Below are positions 1-9,416 of a DNA stretch of 64,000 nucleotides, piece after piece (within the stretch, counting starts at the first letter, position 1; the number at the start of each line of letters is the position of its first letter). The notes under the pieces were generated by a model that saw nothing but the letters and a program-made list of their open reading frames with translations, made no database searches and was not told the origin of the DNA. The stretch comes from a virus: positions 1-64,000 of the IMG/VR virus record IMGVR_UViG_3300021424_000003. One strand, written 5' to 3'. The translations under genes and the position numbers were made by a program.

Positions 1-1
1 C

Positions 2-346
2 CCCGTCATCCGCAACGGGCAAGAACCTAAACGAGCCAGTCACGGGCAGGGTTATGTGACCTTCATACTTAACAATAAAGTCTTCGTACATGTTGAACAG
101 CGGTGCATTGTCAAAGTTCTGATTAATCTGAGTGAGAGTGGTGGTTCCAACGACCGGGCGACCGCTGACCGTGGGGAGTGGAGGCGAATTGTTGTAGCCA
201 AAGTTGTTGTAAACGGTTACACTAAGTCCTGGTTCGGCTTGGGCAGAAATACCGCCAATTCCTACCATAGGCGAAATAAATGAGCCGCCAATCGTCGCAA
301 GTAAAATCCAGCTGCCACTTCTGCGGCGAAGTTTCCCGGGGGACAT
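2..346 (-). CDS. Secreted/membrane PA14-domain protein (C-terminus beyond the left edge; absent from ORF track)
   Basis: Hand translation from ATG 346 (RBS AGGAGGT upstream): MSPGKLRRRSGSWILLATIGG...SAQAEPGLSVTVYNN...INQNFD...DFIVKYEGHITLPVTGSFRFLPVADDG. Signal-peptide-like start plus PA14 pattern ending in DDG. Confidence 0.7.
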   Translation of the reverse strand, partial: MSPGKLRRRSGSWILLATIGGSFISPMVGIGGISAQAEPGLSVTVYNNFGYNNSPPLPTVSGRPVVGTTTLTQINQNFDNAPLFNMYEDFIVKYEGHITLPVTGSFRFLPVADDG

Positions 347-365
347 AGAAACCTCCTGAATTTAA

Positions 366-414
366 ATCTTACCACTTATTAAAAACTTCTAAATTTAACG
401 CTTTGTGATAAAAT
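366..414. promoter_or_regulatory. Divergent extended -10 promoters (TGGTAAGAT on - strand at 366-374; TGATAAAAT on + strand at 406-414)
   Basis: TGn-TAnnnT elements in an AT-rich gap between divergent genes. Confidence 0.55.
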
Positions 415-436
415 TCAAGGTGGCGAAGGAGAATTC

Positions 437-652
437 ATGAATACAAAATTCGCAAAAGAAGCAGCAGAGAGGGCAGTAAGAACTTTCTTCCAGGGATATC
501 TGGCTTACTGGATGGTAAATGGGGCGGATTTTGACAGCCTGATTGCAGGCGACAGCTTAAAGGCTGGAGTCGTTGCCCTTGCGCTATCAGTAGCCATGAG
601 CCTTGGTTTAAAAAACGTTGGGCCAAATAAAGGCTCAGCGAGCGCCGTCTGA
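437..652 (+). CDS. Holin, r1t-like
   Basis: 71 aa with AAERAVRTFFQ motif and two hydrophobic segments; RBS AAGGAG. Confidence 0.7.
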   Translation: MNTKFAKEAAERAVRTFFQGYLAYWMVNGADFDSLIAGDSLKAGVVALALSVAMSLGLKNVGPNKGSASAV

Positions 653-727
653 TTATTCCTAAATCAAAAGGCATTCCTCATCTACAATAATTTCATGCGT
701 TTCTAGCAGCAGAGGAGCTGGCCAAAC

Positions 728-1099
728 ATGCTTTCAGGCGTTTACAACATAACCTGCGAGCAGGGAGCTACGTTCGTAAGGCTGATTGAGCTTGAGTATC
801 CAGACCCACTAGAACCAGATGTGTATCTAGATTTTGACCTATCTGGATTTACCGCTCGTCTTCAGGTACGTCGAACTATAGAAAGCTCAACATTTTTTGT
901 TGAACTAACGTCCGAAAATGGTGGGATAGAAATGCAGCCGGGTGGAATATTAAACGCAATGCGTGTATATATGGATGACGAACTTACTTCAACAATTCCA
1001 TCTGATGGTGTTTATGACTTAGAAATAGAGTCGGCGGCCGGGGAAGTGTCAAGAGTTATAAGAGGAACATTTACTCTATTGCCGCAGGTAACACGATGA
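728..1099 (+). CDS. Minor tail / fibre-attachment beta-sandwich protein
   Basis: GVYNITCEQGATF...GVYDLEI...RVIRGTFTLLPQVTR pattern typical of phage tail-fibre adaptors; sits at the head of the fibre cluster. Confidence 0.6.
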   Translation: MLSGVYNITCEQGATFVRLIELEYPDPLEPDVYLDFDLSGFTARLQVRRTIESSTFFVELTSENGGIEMQPGGILNAMRVYMDDELTSTIPSDGVYDLEIESAAGEVSRVIRGTFTLLPQVTR

Positions 1100-1404
1100 G
1101 CAACGTTCCCAACAATGTAGTCATAGTTCAAGATGTTCCCAATCAGGTAATAGTCAACCAAGACGCACCGAATCAGGTAGTCGTCAGAACTGGCGGACAG
1201 GCTGGAAACACAAGAAGACATACTCATTCGCAGGCAATGGCCTCTACTGAATGGGTGATTAACCACACGCTCGGAGGGAAGCCATCCGTTACTATCGTCG
1301 ATTCTGCAGATACGGTAGTAGTTGGTGAGGTAACATATAACAGTAATTCGCAAGTGACGGTAACGTTTACTGCGGCTTTCTCCGGATATGCATATCTAAC
1401 ATAA
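1096..1404 (+). CDS. Small virion structural protein
   Basis: WVINHTLGGKPSVTIVD...FSGYAYL. The H-N/T-x-G module recurs in the neighbouring fibre genes. Confidence 0.6.
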   Translation: MSNVPNNVVIVQDVPNQVIVNQDAPNQVVVRTGGQAGNTRRHTHSQAMASTEWVINHTLGGKPSVTIVDSADTVVVGEVTYNSNSQVTVTFTAAFSGYAYLT

Positions 1405-1416
1405 AGGCGAGGCCAA

Positions 1417-2898
1417 ATGGCGACTAAATTCGTAACAAACTTAGACCTCGTACAGAATCAAATCCTCAATGGTCGGTTTGAGTCTGTCGCCAGTGACCCA
1501 GAATCTGGCAACTTTGAAGGTCGCCTAATATACAACAGCACCGAAAAGACAATAAAAGTCTACACCGGTTCTGCATGGAGAAAGATGCTCCATGGTGTCT
1601 CTATCGCTGGTGATTCTTCTTCTGCTCTAAGCGTTTCTGAGTCAAATGGCGCTATTACCCTTACGCCAAATCTAGCAACCGGTTCAGATGACGGAGTTAT
1701 GTCCGCAGAGGACAAGGCAAAGCTTGATGCCGCAACAGCCTCCGATTCGATAAGCACCCTGGTCATTCGTGATGCCAACGGAAGATTTCAGGTTGCGACT
1801 CCTGTAAGCGGCCTCGACGCTGCAAACAAGTCTTATGTTGACTCTGCCCGCACTGGCCTAGACGTAAAAGCATCTGTCAAGGTTGCTACCACTGGTGCTA
1901 TCACTCTTTCTACTGGCCTCGAAGCTGGCGATACAATTGACGGTTACACGCTTGTTGCAGGTGACCGTGTTCTTGTAAAAAACCAAGACACCCCATCCGA
2001 AAACGGTATTTATGTAGTCGCTGAGTCTGGAGCACCAAGCCGTTCCGACGACGCTGATTCTTCTGCAGAAGTCACTCCAGGGCTATTCACCTTCGTCGAG
2101 CAAGGTACTATCAACGCTGACTCTGGATGGGTTCTGATTACAGATGCACCAATTACTCTCGGCACAACCGGTCTATCATTCTCGCTCTTTTCCGTTGCTG
2201 GCAACATTCTGGCGGGCGATGGCCTCCTAAAGACGGGAGACGTTCTTTCTGTTCGCGTTGATGATGATGCGGCAAGCCCAACTCTCGAGATTTCTAGCGA
2301 CAGGTTGCGCATCGCATCAACTGCTGCAGGTAGCGGTCTAAGCGGTGGCGGCGGTAGCCCGCTTGCGGTTAATGTCGCTGCTGCTGGCGGTATAGAAATA
2401 TCGTCAGACAACTTACAAATCAAGGTTGACGGCGCAGTTAATGGACTAGAGACAACATCGAACGGCCTACATCTAAAGTCAAATATGGCTGGCACAGGCC
2501 TTACATTTACTGCCGGCGTTTTGTCTGTCGACGCAATCGACCTCGACTCGTCAAGCGGTGGGGGCGTAACAGGGCTACTGCCTATCGCTAACGGCGGTAC
2601 AAATGCCTCGACAGAGTCGCAGGCTCGCACAAATCTTGCCGCTACTTCGCCAACTGGTGCAAATACCAATACGCCAGTACTTGCCCGCGTAGCCTCTAAG
2701 GTAATCGGAGATGGTGCAAGCACCTCATACGCAGTGACCCATAATTTCGGAACTAGAGCAGTTGTTGTTCAGGTGTTCGATTCTTCCTCGTATGATACCG
2801 TAATTGCGGACGTAGTTCGCACCACAACAGATTCAGTAACTGTGACGTTTTCTTCCGCTCCGGCATCAAACGCTTTTACGGTTGTTGTAACAGGCTAA
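1417..2898 (+). CDS. Tail fibre / structural protein
   Basis: 493 aa with DAANKSYVD, GDRVLVKNQ..ENGIY, AGxGL repeats and a C-terminal THNFGTR module. Confidence 0.75.
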   Translation: MATKFVTNLDLVQNQILNGRFESVASDPESGNFEGRLIYNSTEKTIKVYTGSAWRKMLHGVSIAGDSSSALSVSESNGAITLTPNLATGSDDGVMSAEDKAKLDAATASDSISTLVIRDANGRFQVATPVSGLDAANKSYVDSARTGLDVKASVKVATTGAITLSTGLEAGDTIDGYTLVAGDRVLVKNQDTPSENGIYVVAESGAPSRSDDADSSAEVTPGLFTFVEQGTINADSGWVLITDAPITLGTTGLSFSLFSVAGNILAGDGLLKTGDVLSVRVDDDAASPTLEISSDRLRIASTAAGSGLSGGGGSPLAVNVAAAGGIEISSDNLQIKVDGAVNGLETTSNGLHLKSNMAGTGLTFTAGVLSVDAIDLDSSSGGGVTGLLPIANGGTNASTESQARTNLAATSPTGANTNTPVLARVASKVIGDGASTSYAVTHNFGTRAVVVQVFDSSSYDTVIADVVRTTTDSVTVTFSSAPASNAFTVVVTG

Positions 2899-2953
2899 GG
2901 TTTACATAGCACCTCGAGGGGTGCCCAAATAGAAATCAGTTGAGGCTGGGTTC

Positions 2954-5900
2954 ATGACAAGATTCGTAGGCACACCACTACGTGGAATTGAATTTTCATC
3001 TCCCAGTGACGAAGCGCTCTCTGCTCGTGTTGTAAGTGACGGCGTTGCACGGATTAGAATTGATGCCGGTGGCCGAATTACCTGGTCTAGTGGTTCTGCG
3101 ACTGGCGACGTTAATCTGTATCGCGATAGCGCAAATACTCTTAAATCCGATGACAATTTTGTCGCTGCTGGCGGAGTAACAACATTTACAACAAACGGTG
3201 TCCCAGCAGCTGCAAGTCCTGACGGCACTATTGCTGTTGACACAACTAATGATGTTTTCTATTACAGAAGCGGCAGTGAATGGCTGCAAGTGTCTTCTGG
3301 TGCGAGTGTTGTTATCTCTCCCACAGAACCCGCCGGTGCATCCTCTGGGGACCTGTGGTTTGACTCGGATACAGAAGTTCTCTACATTCTTAATGGGGCG
3401 ACGTGGGTTAGCGTCAGTGGTTCGCTCACCCTTTCCGAACTGGACGACGTTTCAATCACCGCACTCGAGGTTGGGCATGTTCTCAAGTATAACGGTACCA
3501 ACTGGGTTAACGACCTAGAGGCAGGGTATAACAACGCTCACACTGAAATCATTGGTGACGGCACAACGACACTGTTTGTGCTCACTCATAATTTTGGGAC
3601 ACGTGACATTTTTGTTCAATGCCGCAACAATGCTTCGCCATATGAAAACATTAACGTTCGCTGGGAAGCAACAACCGAAGACACGGTCACCCTTGACTTC
3701 TCTGTAGCGCCTTCAAGTAACGCAGTACGAGTCAATATCTATGCGAGTGTCGGTGTCGTTGGACCAAGCGCATACTCGCAAACAATTGGCGACGGAACCA
3801 ATGTCGACTATGTCATTACGCACAACATGCAAACCCGCGATGTTGTCGTGTCGGCACGGAATACTTCATCCCCGTACGAAGTCATTGACATCAACTGGGA
3901 GGCAACAAGTACCAACACAATTACTGCTAAGTTTCAGACACCTCCATCGAGTAACTCAATCCGTGTATCTGTTTACGCAGCCGCTGGTGTGGCTGGCGTA
4001 ACAACTATCCAAGGTACAGCAAACGAAGTAGAAGTATCGAGTAGCACTGGTGGCGTAACCGTTGGTCTCCCAACAAATGTCACGGTCTCTGGTTCAATGT
4101 CCTCATCGACACTATTTGTTGATTCGATTGAAGTCGATACAACTGGTGCGACGAACGGTCAGTTCCTTGGCTTTAACGGCACAAAGTTTTTACCAACAGC
4201 AATCCCGACAATCAATACTCTCGATGATGTTGGCGACGTAACCATTACGTCGGCTGCTTCGGGTCAATTCCTTAAATGGAATGGCACCGCATGGGTAAAC
4301 GATGCTATTGACTTGGGAACTGACACAACAGGAAATTATGTAGGAGATGTAACTGGCGGTACTGGCGTCACCGTCACACACACCCCGGGTGAAGGCTCTA
4401 GCCCAACTATCGCAATTGGTCAGGCCGTTGGAACTGCAGATAATCCTACTTTTGCTGGAGCGACTCTCGGCAATATAAGAGTTGGCGTTACTGATGACTC
4501 TACAATTGACACAACTAGTGGTGGAATTAACATAGGTCGTGCTTCATTTGAAACTCCACCTAATGGTGGAATTAACATATGGCCAGTACTTAGGGTTAAC
4601 GCTGGTGCTGTCACTGGGGGACACGTTGGTATCTTTGGTGGCGAAGCGAACACCTCAGATGGGTCTGGCGCAGCACAGGGTGGCAGTGTAACTATTCTTG
4701 GGGGGTGGGGGGCTGACAGTTCGACATCAAATACAGGCGGTAGCGTTTTTATTGATGCCGGTCGAGGCTTTTCCGGGGGCATTCCGGGGTCAATAACCAC
4801 TGACGGAAACATTTATATCGGCGATTACGACGCTGAAGCAGTGTATATTGGACGAACTGGTAAAACGACTACTGTCAATGGAAACTTGACCGTTTCTGGT
4901 AACCTTACGGTCTCTGGAACAACTACTTCAATTAATACTGAAACACTGACAATTGATGACAACATCATTGTTCTGAACAACAATGCGACCGGTGCACCTT
5001 CTCAAAATGCCGGAATTGAAGTTGAACGCGGTTCTTCAGCGAATGTTGACCTTCGTTGGAATGAATCAACAGATAAATGGCAATTCACCAACGACGGAAC
5101 AACATATAAAGACCTTGGCTCGGGTGGGGTTACAGTCTCCGACACAGCACCGTCGTCACCAGCGGCGGGGGATATGTGGTACGAATCAGATACTGGCTCT
5201 CTCTATGTTTATTACGACTCATTCTGGGTAGAAATCGGTCCAGGTGCTGTCTATGACCAAATCATCGGGTCGATACAAGCCAAGGGTGATTTACTTGTTG
5301 GTACAGCATCACAAACGATTGGTCGCGTTGCGGTCGGTTCAAACGGTACACGCCTAACAGCAGACAGTTCTACCTCGACTGGTGTCGCGTGGGTAGCTGA
5401 CTCTACAAATACGGTAATTGACGCCAAGGGCGACCTTCTTGTTGGTAGCGCTGCGGATACTCTAGTTCGTCTTGCTGCAGGTTCTAATGGGCAGTATTTA
5501 GTTTCCGATTCCAGTCAGGCTTCTGGTGTTGGTTGGGTTAGTCAGAATACTCGTAATTTACTATATAACGGTGCGATGCAGGTATCGCAACGAGGAAACT
5601 CGGCTACTTTTATTAGCTCAGGGAGTAATTATTTAACAGCAGACAGATGGGCTGTTGGCGCAAGTTCTCTTGGTACATGGACTCAAGAAGTTGCTTCTGC
5701 TTCTGATGATTTCCCGACTGGTTCTGGTTTTCGCAAATCACTCAAAATGACTTGCACGACTCAAGATGCGTTTCCCTCTAGTACAGACGTAATGCTAATT
5801 CAACAAAAACTTGAAGGTCAGGATTTGCAGTCCATTTGCAAAGGAACGTCGTCTGCGCAACAACTAACCGTTTCATTTTGGGTTAAGTCGGGCCTTACTG

Positions 5901-6529
5901 GGACATACATTTGTGAGTTGTATGACATTGACAACACTCGCCAAACGAGCAAGGCATACACGGTAAATGCCGCAAATACTTGGGAATTTAAAACACTGAC
6001 GTTTGCTGCGGATACAACTGGTGCTTTTGATAACGACGCAAACGGGTCAATGACTATGATGTTTTATCTTGGTACGGGTGCGAGTTGGCAAAGTGGCAGT
6101 TTGCAATCGTCATGGGCTTCTGCATCAACCGGAAATCGTGCAGTAGGACAGGTCAACCTCGCTTCGGGGCAAAATGCTTCTGTCAACTATTGGCAGATTA
6201 CTGGTGTTCAATTAAATGTTGGGCCAGTAGCAGCACCGTTTGAGCATAAGTCATTCGGAGAGGAACTAGCACTCTGCCAGCGATACTTTGAAGCACAAGG
6301 AACCCTAGCCGCATCTGGCGATTACCTGTTCGTCAATTCCCTCTATATCGCAAGCACAACTTGGTTCCTCAATGTGCCTTTCAAGGTGACTAAGAGAGCC
6401 ACACCCACTATCACAGTTTATACTTTTGGCACTTTTCTTGGCGTTGATAGAACTTTCAAAGATGGTTTCAATGCGTTTTGGTCAAGCAACGGCGTGATGT
6501 ACGGATTCACCGCATCGGCAGAACTATGA
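2954..6529 (+). CDS. Long multi-module tail fibre with C-terminal carbohydrate-binding-like receptor domain
   Basis: 1191 aa with LxxLDDV/LKWNGTAWVN repeats, two THN modules, KGDLLVG repeats and RNLLYNGAMQVSQRG...EELALCQRYF...SAEL. Confidence 0.8.
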   Translation: MTRFVGTPLRGIEFSSPSDEALSARVVSDGVARIRIDAGGRITWSSGSATGDVNLYRDSANTLKSDDNFVAAGGVTTFTTNGVPAAASPDGTIAVDTTNDVFYYRSGSEWLQVSSGASVVISPTEPAGASSGDLWFDSDTEVLYILNGATWVSVSGSLTLSELDDVSITALEVGHVLKYNGTNWVNDLEAGYNNAHTEIIGDGTTTLFVLTHNFGTRDIFVQCRNNASPYENINVRWEATTEDTVTLDFSVAPSSNAVRVNIYASVGVVGPSAYSQTIGDGTNVDYVITHNMQTRDVVVSARNTSSPYEVIDINWEATSTNTITAKFQTPPSSNSIRVSVYAAAGVAGVTTIQGTANEVEVSSSTGGVTVGLPTNVTVSGSMSSSTLFVDSIEVDTTGATNGQFLGFNGTKFLPTAIPTINTLDDVGDVTITSAASGQFLKWNGTAWVNDAIDLGTDTTGNYVGDVTGGTGVTVTHTPGEGSSPTIAIGQAVGTADNPTFAGATLGNIRVGVTDDSTIDTTSGGINIGRASFETPPNGGINIWPVLRVNAGAVTGGHVGIFGGEANTSDGSGAAQGGSVTILGGWGADSSTSNTGGSVFIDAGRGFSGGIPGSITTDGNIYIGDYDAEAVYIGRTGKTTTVNGNLTVSGNLTVSGTTTSINTETLTIDDNIIVLNNNATGAPSQNAGIEVERGSSANVDLRWNESTDKWQFTNDGTTYKDLGSGGVTVSDTAPSSPAAGDMWYESDTGSLYVYYDSFWVEIGPGAVYDQIIGSIQAKGDLLVGTASQTIGRVAVGSNGTRLTADSSTSTGVAWVADSTNTVIDAKGDLLVGSAADTLVRLAAGSNGQYLVSDSSQASGVGWVSQNTRNLLYNGAMQVSQRGNSATFISSGSNYLTADRWAVGASSLGTWTQEVASASDDFPTGSGFRKSLKMTCTTQDAFPSSTDVMLIQQKLEGQDLQSICKGTSSAQQLTVSFWVKSGLTGTYICELYDIDNTRQTSKAYTVNAANTWEFKTLTFAADTTGAFDNDANGSMTMMFYLGTGASWQSGSLQSSWASASTGNRAVGQVNLASGQNASVNYWQITGVQLNVGPVAAPFEHKSFGEELALCQRYFEAQGTLAASGDYLFVNSLYIASTTWFLNVPFKVTKRATPTITVYTFGTFLGVDRTFKDGFNAFWSSNGVMYGFTASAEL

Positions 6530-6690
6530 CTTACCGAATCAAACAAAACGAAGCACACATTGTTGTTTTTCGCACAACAGATGGTGCGTGGATACCTTGC
6601 GATGAGGCAAACATGGACTATCAGGCGTATCTGACATGGCTTGCTGAAGGCAACACACCTGAACCGTGGGAGGCCCCCCATGCCGATTGA
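6526..6690 (+). CDS. Small tail-fibre chaperone-like protein (copy 1)
   Basis: ATG overlaps the fibre stop (ATGA); WIPCDEANMDYQAYLTWLAEGNTPEPW. Confidence 0.7.
   Translation: MTYRIKQNEAHIVVFRTTDGAWIPCDEANMDYQAYLTWLAEGNTPEPWEAPHAD
6637..6690 (+). repeat. About 50-bp cassette-junction repeat (other copies 12225-12278 and 14448-14502)
   Basis: GGCAACACACC(T/C)GAACCGTGGGAGGCCCC(CC/TG)ATGCCGATT in three copies; encodes the chaperone end and the next gene's RBS and ATG. Confidence 0.9.
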
Positions 6691-6844
6691 TTTTCCAAAC
6701 TCACCAACTACTAATGATTTTTATACTGTTGGAAACCGCACATGGCGCTATGACGGCGAAAAATGGGTCATCTTGAACGAGGCTGCTAACCAACAAAACC
6801 AGCTGTATGACATGATGGTCATGATGAATATGGAGACCAACTAA
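6680..6844 (+). CDS. Small fibre-associated protein
   Basis: MPIDFPNSPTTNDFYTVGNRTWRYDGEKW; ATG lies inside the junction repeat. Confidence 0.6.
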   Translation: MPIDFPNSPTTNDFYTVGNRTWRYDGEKWVILNEAANQQNQLYDMMVMMNMETN

Positions 6845-7716
6845 TGGCTAACAAGCGCTTCGACCATGCACCAAAGTTTGTTGTCAAAGACGATTCTGTT
6901 GTTATTCAACAGGCGGCTGGTTCTAGCGCATCTTTGCTTGACGTTAAAGACCATACTGGCTCATCCTTAATGTCAATCACGTCTACTGGCGCGATGACTG
7001 GCGCAAATCTTACTAGCCCTGCGCTGACGGGTACGCCAACTGCGCCAACAGCGACAGCGGGAACTAATACAACCCAAATTGCAACTACAGCGTTCGTGCG
7101 TACTGAGTTGTCCAATCTTGTTGATGCTGCTCCGTCTGCTCTCGATACCCTGAATGAACTTGCCGCTGCGCTTGGTGACGACGCAAATTTTTCTTCCACA
7201 ATAACAACTGCTCTTGGACTAAAAGCACCGCTAGCGAGTCCTACATTTACTGGCACTGTTGTTTTACCAAGCAATACATCTATCGGCGCAGTTTCAAGCA
7301 CGGAATTGCAGTATCTTGATGGGGCAACAAGTTCAATACAAACGCAACTGAACTCTAAGGCTAATACAGCAAGCCCAACTTTGAGCGGAACAACAACGGT
7401 TAGCACGTTAAATATTACTTCTTCTTATCAGTTGAATGGTAATACTCTGGTTAATCTTAGATTTGCAGAGGTTAGTCAAGTACTGACCGCTAGTGCTGCT
7501 GATTATCTTATTAATCTTCCACCTGGGGTTGATATGTTTAATTTTGTTAGCATAACCCCAATTAGCAATTTTGATAATAATATTGTTTGGCTTTTCGGCT
7601 GGGCTTTAGGTCACTGGGGTGGTATCCACGAGCCTTATCAAATCCGTATAAGAGCGCAGTTGGGTAACGGAGTCCATCTGGGCGCCGCAGTTTTTAGGGT
7701 GTATTACCGTGGATAA
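6844..7716 (+). CDS. Tail fibre protein
   Basis: SPALTGTPTAPT...TQIATTAFV...LDTLNELAAALGDDANF fibre repeat; paralog of 7812. Confidence 0.75.
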   Translation: MANKRFDHAPKFVVKDDSVVIQQAAGSSASLLDVKDHTGSSLMSITSTGAMTGANLTSPALTGTPTAPTATAGTNTTQIATTAFVRTELSNLVDAAPSALDTLNELAAALGDDANFSSTITTALGLKAPLASPTFTGTVVLPSNTSIGAVSSTELQYLDGATSSIQTQLNSKANTASPTLSGTTTVSTLNITSSYQLNGNTLVNLRFAEVSQVLTASAADYLINLPPGVDMFNFVSITPISNFDNNIVWLFGWALGHWGGIHEPYQIRIRAQLGNGVHLGAAVFRVYYRG

Positions 7717-7721
7717 TTATG

Positions 7722-7783
7722 ATTTCGGTTTGCACCAGCACCTACAACAACAACTGCGACCAATTATGTGTTATTGTCTCGAG
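7722..7783 (+). repeat. 62-bp duplicated intergenic element containing an extended -10 (other copy 15654-15715)
   Basis: ATTTCGGTTTGCAC(C/T)AGCACCTACAACAAC....CGACCAATTATGTG(T/C)TATTGTCTCGAG at both sites. Confidence 0.85.
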
Positions 7784-7811
7784 TCACCGTGGTGGGGGAG
7801 TAGGAAAGTAG

Positions 7812-9065
7812 ATGGCGCGTCAAAGGTTTGACACTGCACCCGAATTCAGGGTGGCTGACGACTCTGTTGTAATTCAACAGGTCGCTGGCTCGTCTGCGCC
7901 CCTACTTGAACTAAAAGACCACTCTGGTTCAACTTTAATCACCGTTCATTCGACAGGACAAATGACCGCAACGGTTGCTCCATCGTTTGTTTCTGCTTCA
8001 CTGACAGGAACACCGACCGCACCAACAGCGGCTGCTGGAACGAACACGACGCAGGTGGCGACTACCGAATTCGTGCGAACTGAGTTGTCTAATCTTGTCG
8101 ACGCCGCTCCATCTGCTCTCGACACTCTGAATGAACTTGCCGCAGCTCTTGGTGATGACGCAAACTTTGCGACAACAGTAACAAATGCGTTAGCAGACAA
8201 AGCACCTTTGAATTCGCCTGCTCTCACAGGCACGCCTACTGCCCCCAACCCAATCACTGGTGATAACAGTGCGCAAATCGCCACTACCGCGTTTGCTAAC
8301 GCTCTAGTCGAAGCATTTCTGCCTGCTGGAATGATTTCCCCATACGCTGGCTCTTCTGCACCAAGCGGGTGGCTGCTTTGTGCAGGTCAAACAGTTAGCA
8401 GGACTACATATTCGCGGCTTTTCTCCGCGCTTGGCACAACGTACAATATAGGAGAGGAAGCGGGTACTGATTTCCGTCTTCCAGACTTACGTGGGCGTAC
8501 AATCGCGGGTGTTGACAACATGGGCGGCTCGGCAGCATCGCGGCTGTCGTCTGCAACAATTTCAAGTGGTGCTGATGCGCTTGGGCGCGTTGGTGGCGCA
8601 GAAACGCACGTTTTGACAGAAGCCCAATTGGCTAGTCACACGCACGTTCAGAATTCTCATAATCACACTCAAAACGAGCACACGCACGCGAACGCTTTGA
8701 CTGGAAGCACGGTTTTTGCGTCCAGTAACCACACCCATCCTAGTCACGGCTCACTCCATGCAGCAGTTGGTGCGACCAACAGCGATGCTGGCAGAATTGC
8801 TTACATTGCAGGAGGTGTGTATGCCAACCCTTCTACATACTCAATTGTGGGTGGTGGTTTGGTAGTTGGCCAGAACTTTAACCACAATACCCCTGTTTAT
8901 GGAGACACTGGAGGAAACTCCGCAAACCTATCCGTAGGTCTTAGTAATGCAGGTCAAACTGCGACAAACCAAGCACAAACTGCAACCAACCAAAACACAG
9001 GCAGCAACTCTGCCCACAACAACGTGCAACCAACAATGGTTCTCAACTATATCATCAAGGCATAA
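7812..9065 (+). CDS. Tail fibre with tail-collar domain and HxH needle
   Basis: PAGMISPYAG..APSGWLLCAG...FRLPDLRGR collar, multiple HxH motifs, ends NYIIKA. Confidence 0.85.
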   Translation: MARQRFDTAPEFRVADDSVVIQQVAGSSAPLLELKDHSGSTLITVHSTGQMTATVAPSFVSASLTGTPTAPTAAAGTNTTQVATTEFVRTELSNLVDAAPSALDTLNELAAALGDDANFATTVTNALADKAPLNSPALTGTPTAPNPITGDNSAQIATTAFANALVEAFLPAGMISPYAGSSAPSGWLLCAGQTVSRTTYSRLFSALGTTYNIGEEAGTDFRLPDLRGRTIAGVDNMGGSAASRLSSATISSGADALGRVGGAETHVLTEAQLASHTHVQNSHNHTQNEHTHANALTGSTVFASSNHTHPSHGSLHAAVGATNSDAGRIAYIAGGVYANPSTYSIVGGGLVVGQNFNHNTPVYGDTGGNSANLSVGLSNAGQTATNQAQTATNQNTGSNSAHNNVQPTMVLNYIIKA

Positions 9066-9066
9066 C

Positions 9067-9402
9067 ATGTTTACACAAGAAGAACTGCATGAACTTAGCA
9101 TGATGGCGCAAGCAATTTGGGATTTGCGCCCCAACGCGACATGGGAATTGCCGCGCCCTGATTTTGATTCACTTGTTTGGAAAGATGAAGTTCAAACTAA
9201 ACCAGATTGGGCAGATGTTGAAGCGCGCATGGTCATCCTTAAAGAGGAATACGATGCGCGCGCATGGGTTCGAGAGCGCCTCGCGGCATACCCTTCTATT
9301 GCCGACCAACTAGACCTCATTTACCATGGCGGTATTGATGCATGGCGTGAGACAATTAAAGAAATCAAGACTCGTATCCCGAAGCCTGAAGAGTCGATTT
9401 AG
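9067..9402 (+). CDS. Tail-fibre chaperone-like protein
   Basis: LRPNATW...RLAAYPSIADQLDLIYH...IKEIKTRIPKP; likely start is ATG 9067. Confidence 0.65.
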   Translation: MFTQEELHELSMMAQAIWDLRPNATWELPRPDFDSLVWKDEVQTKPDWADVEARMVILKEEYDARAWVRERLAAYPSIADQLDLIYHGGIDAWRETIKEIKTRIPKPEESI

Positions 9403-9416
9403 GTGATGAGGTAGTT

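Noticed and set aside
56-283. 75-aa + strand ORF
   Set aside because: Antisense to the PA14-domain gene, which has a strong RBS and recognisable motifs.
2909-2924. CCTCGAGG palindrome/hairpin, also seen near 15729
   Set aside because: Only two short occurrences; cannot be distinguished from chance or a weak terminator.
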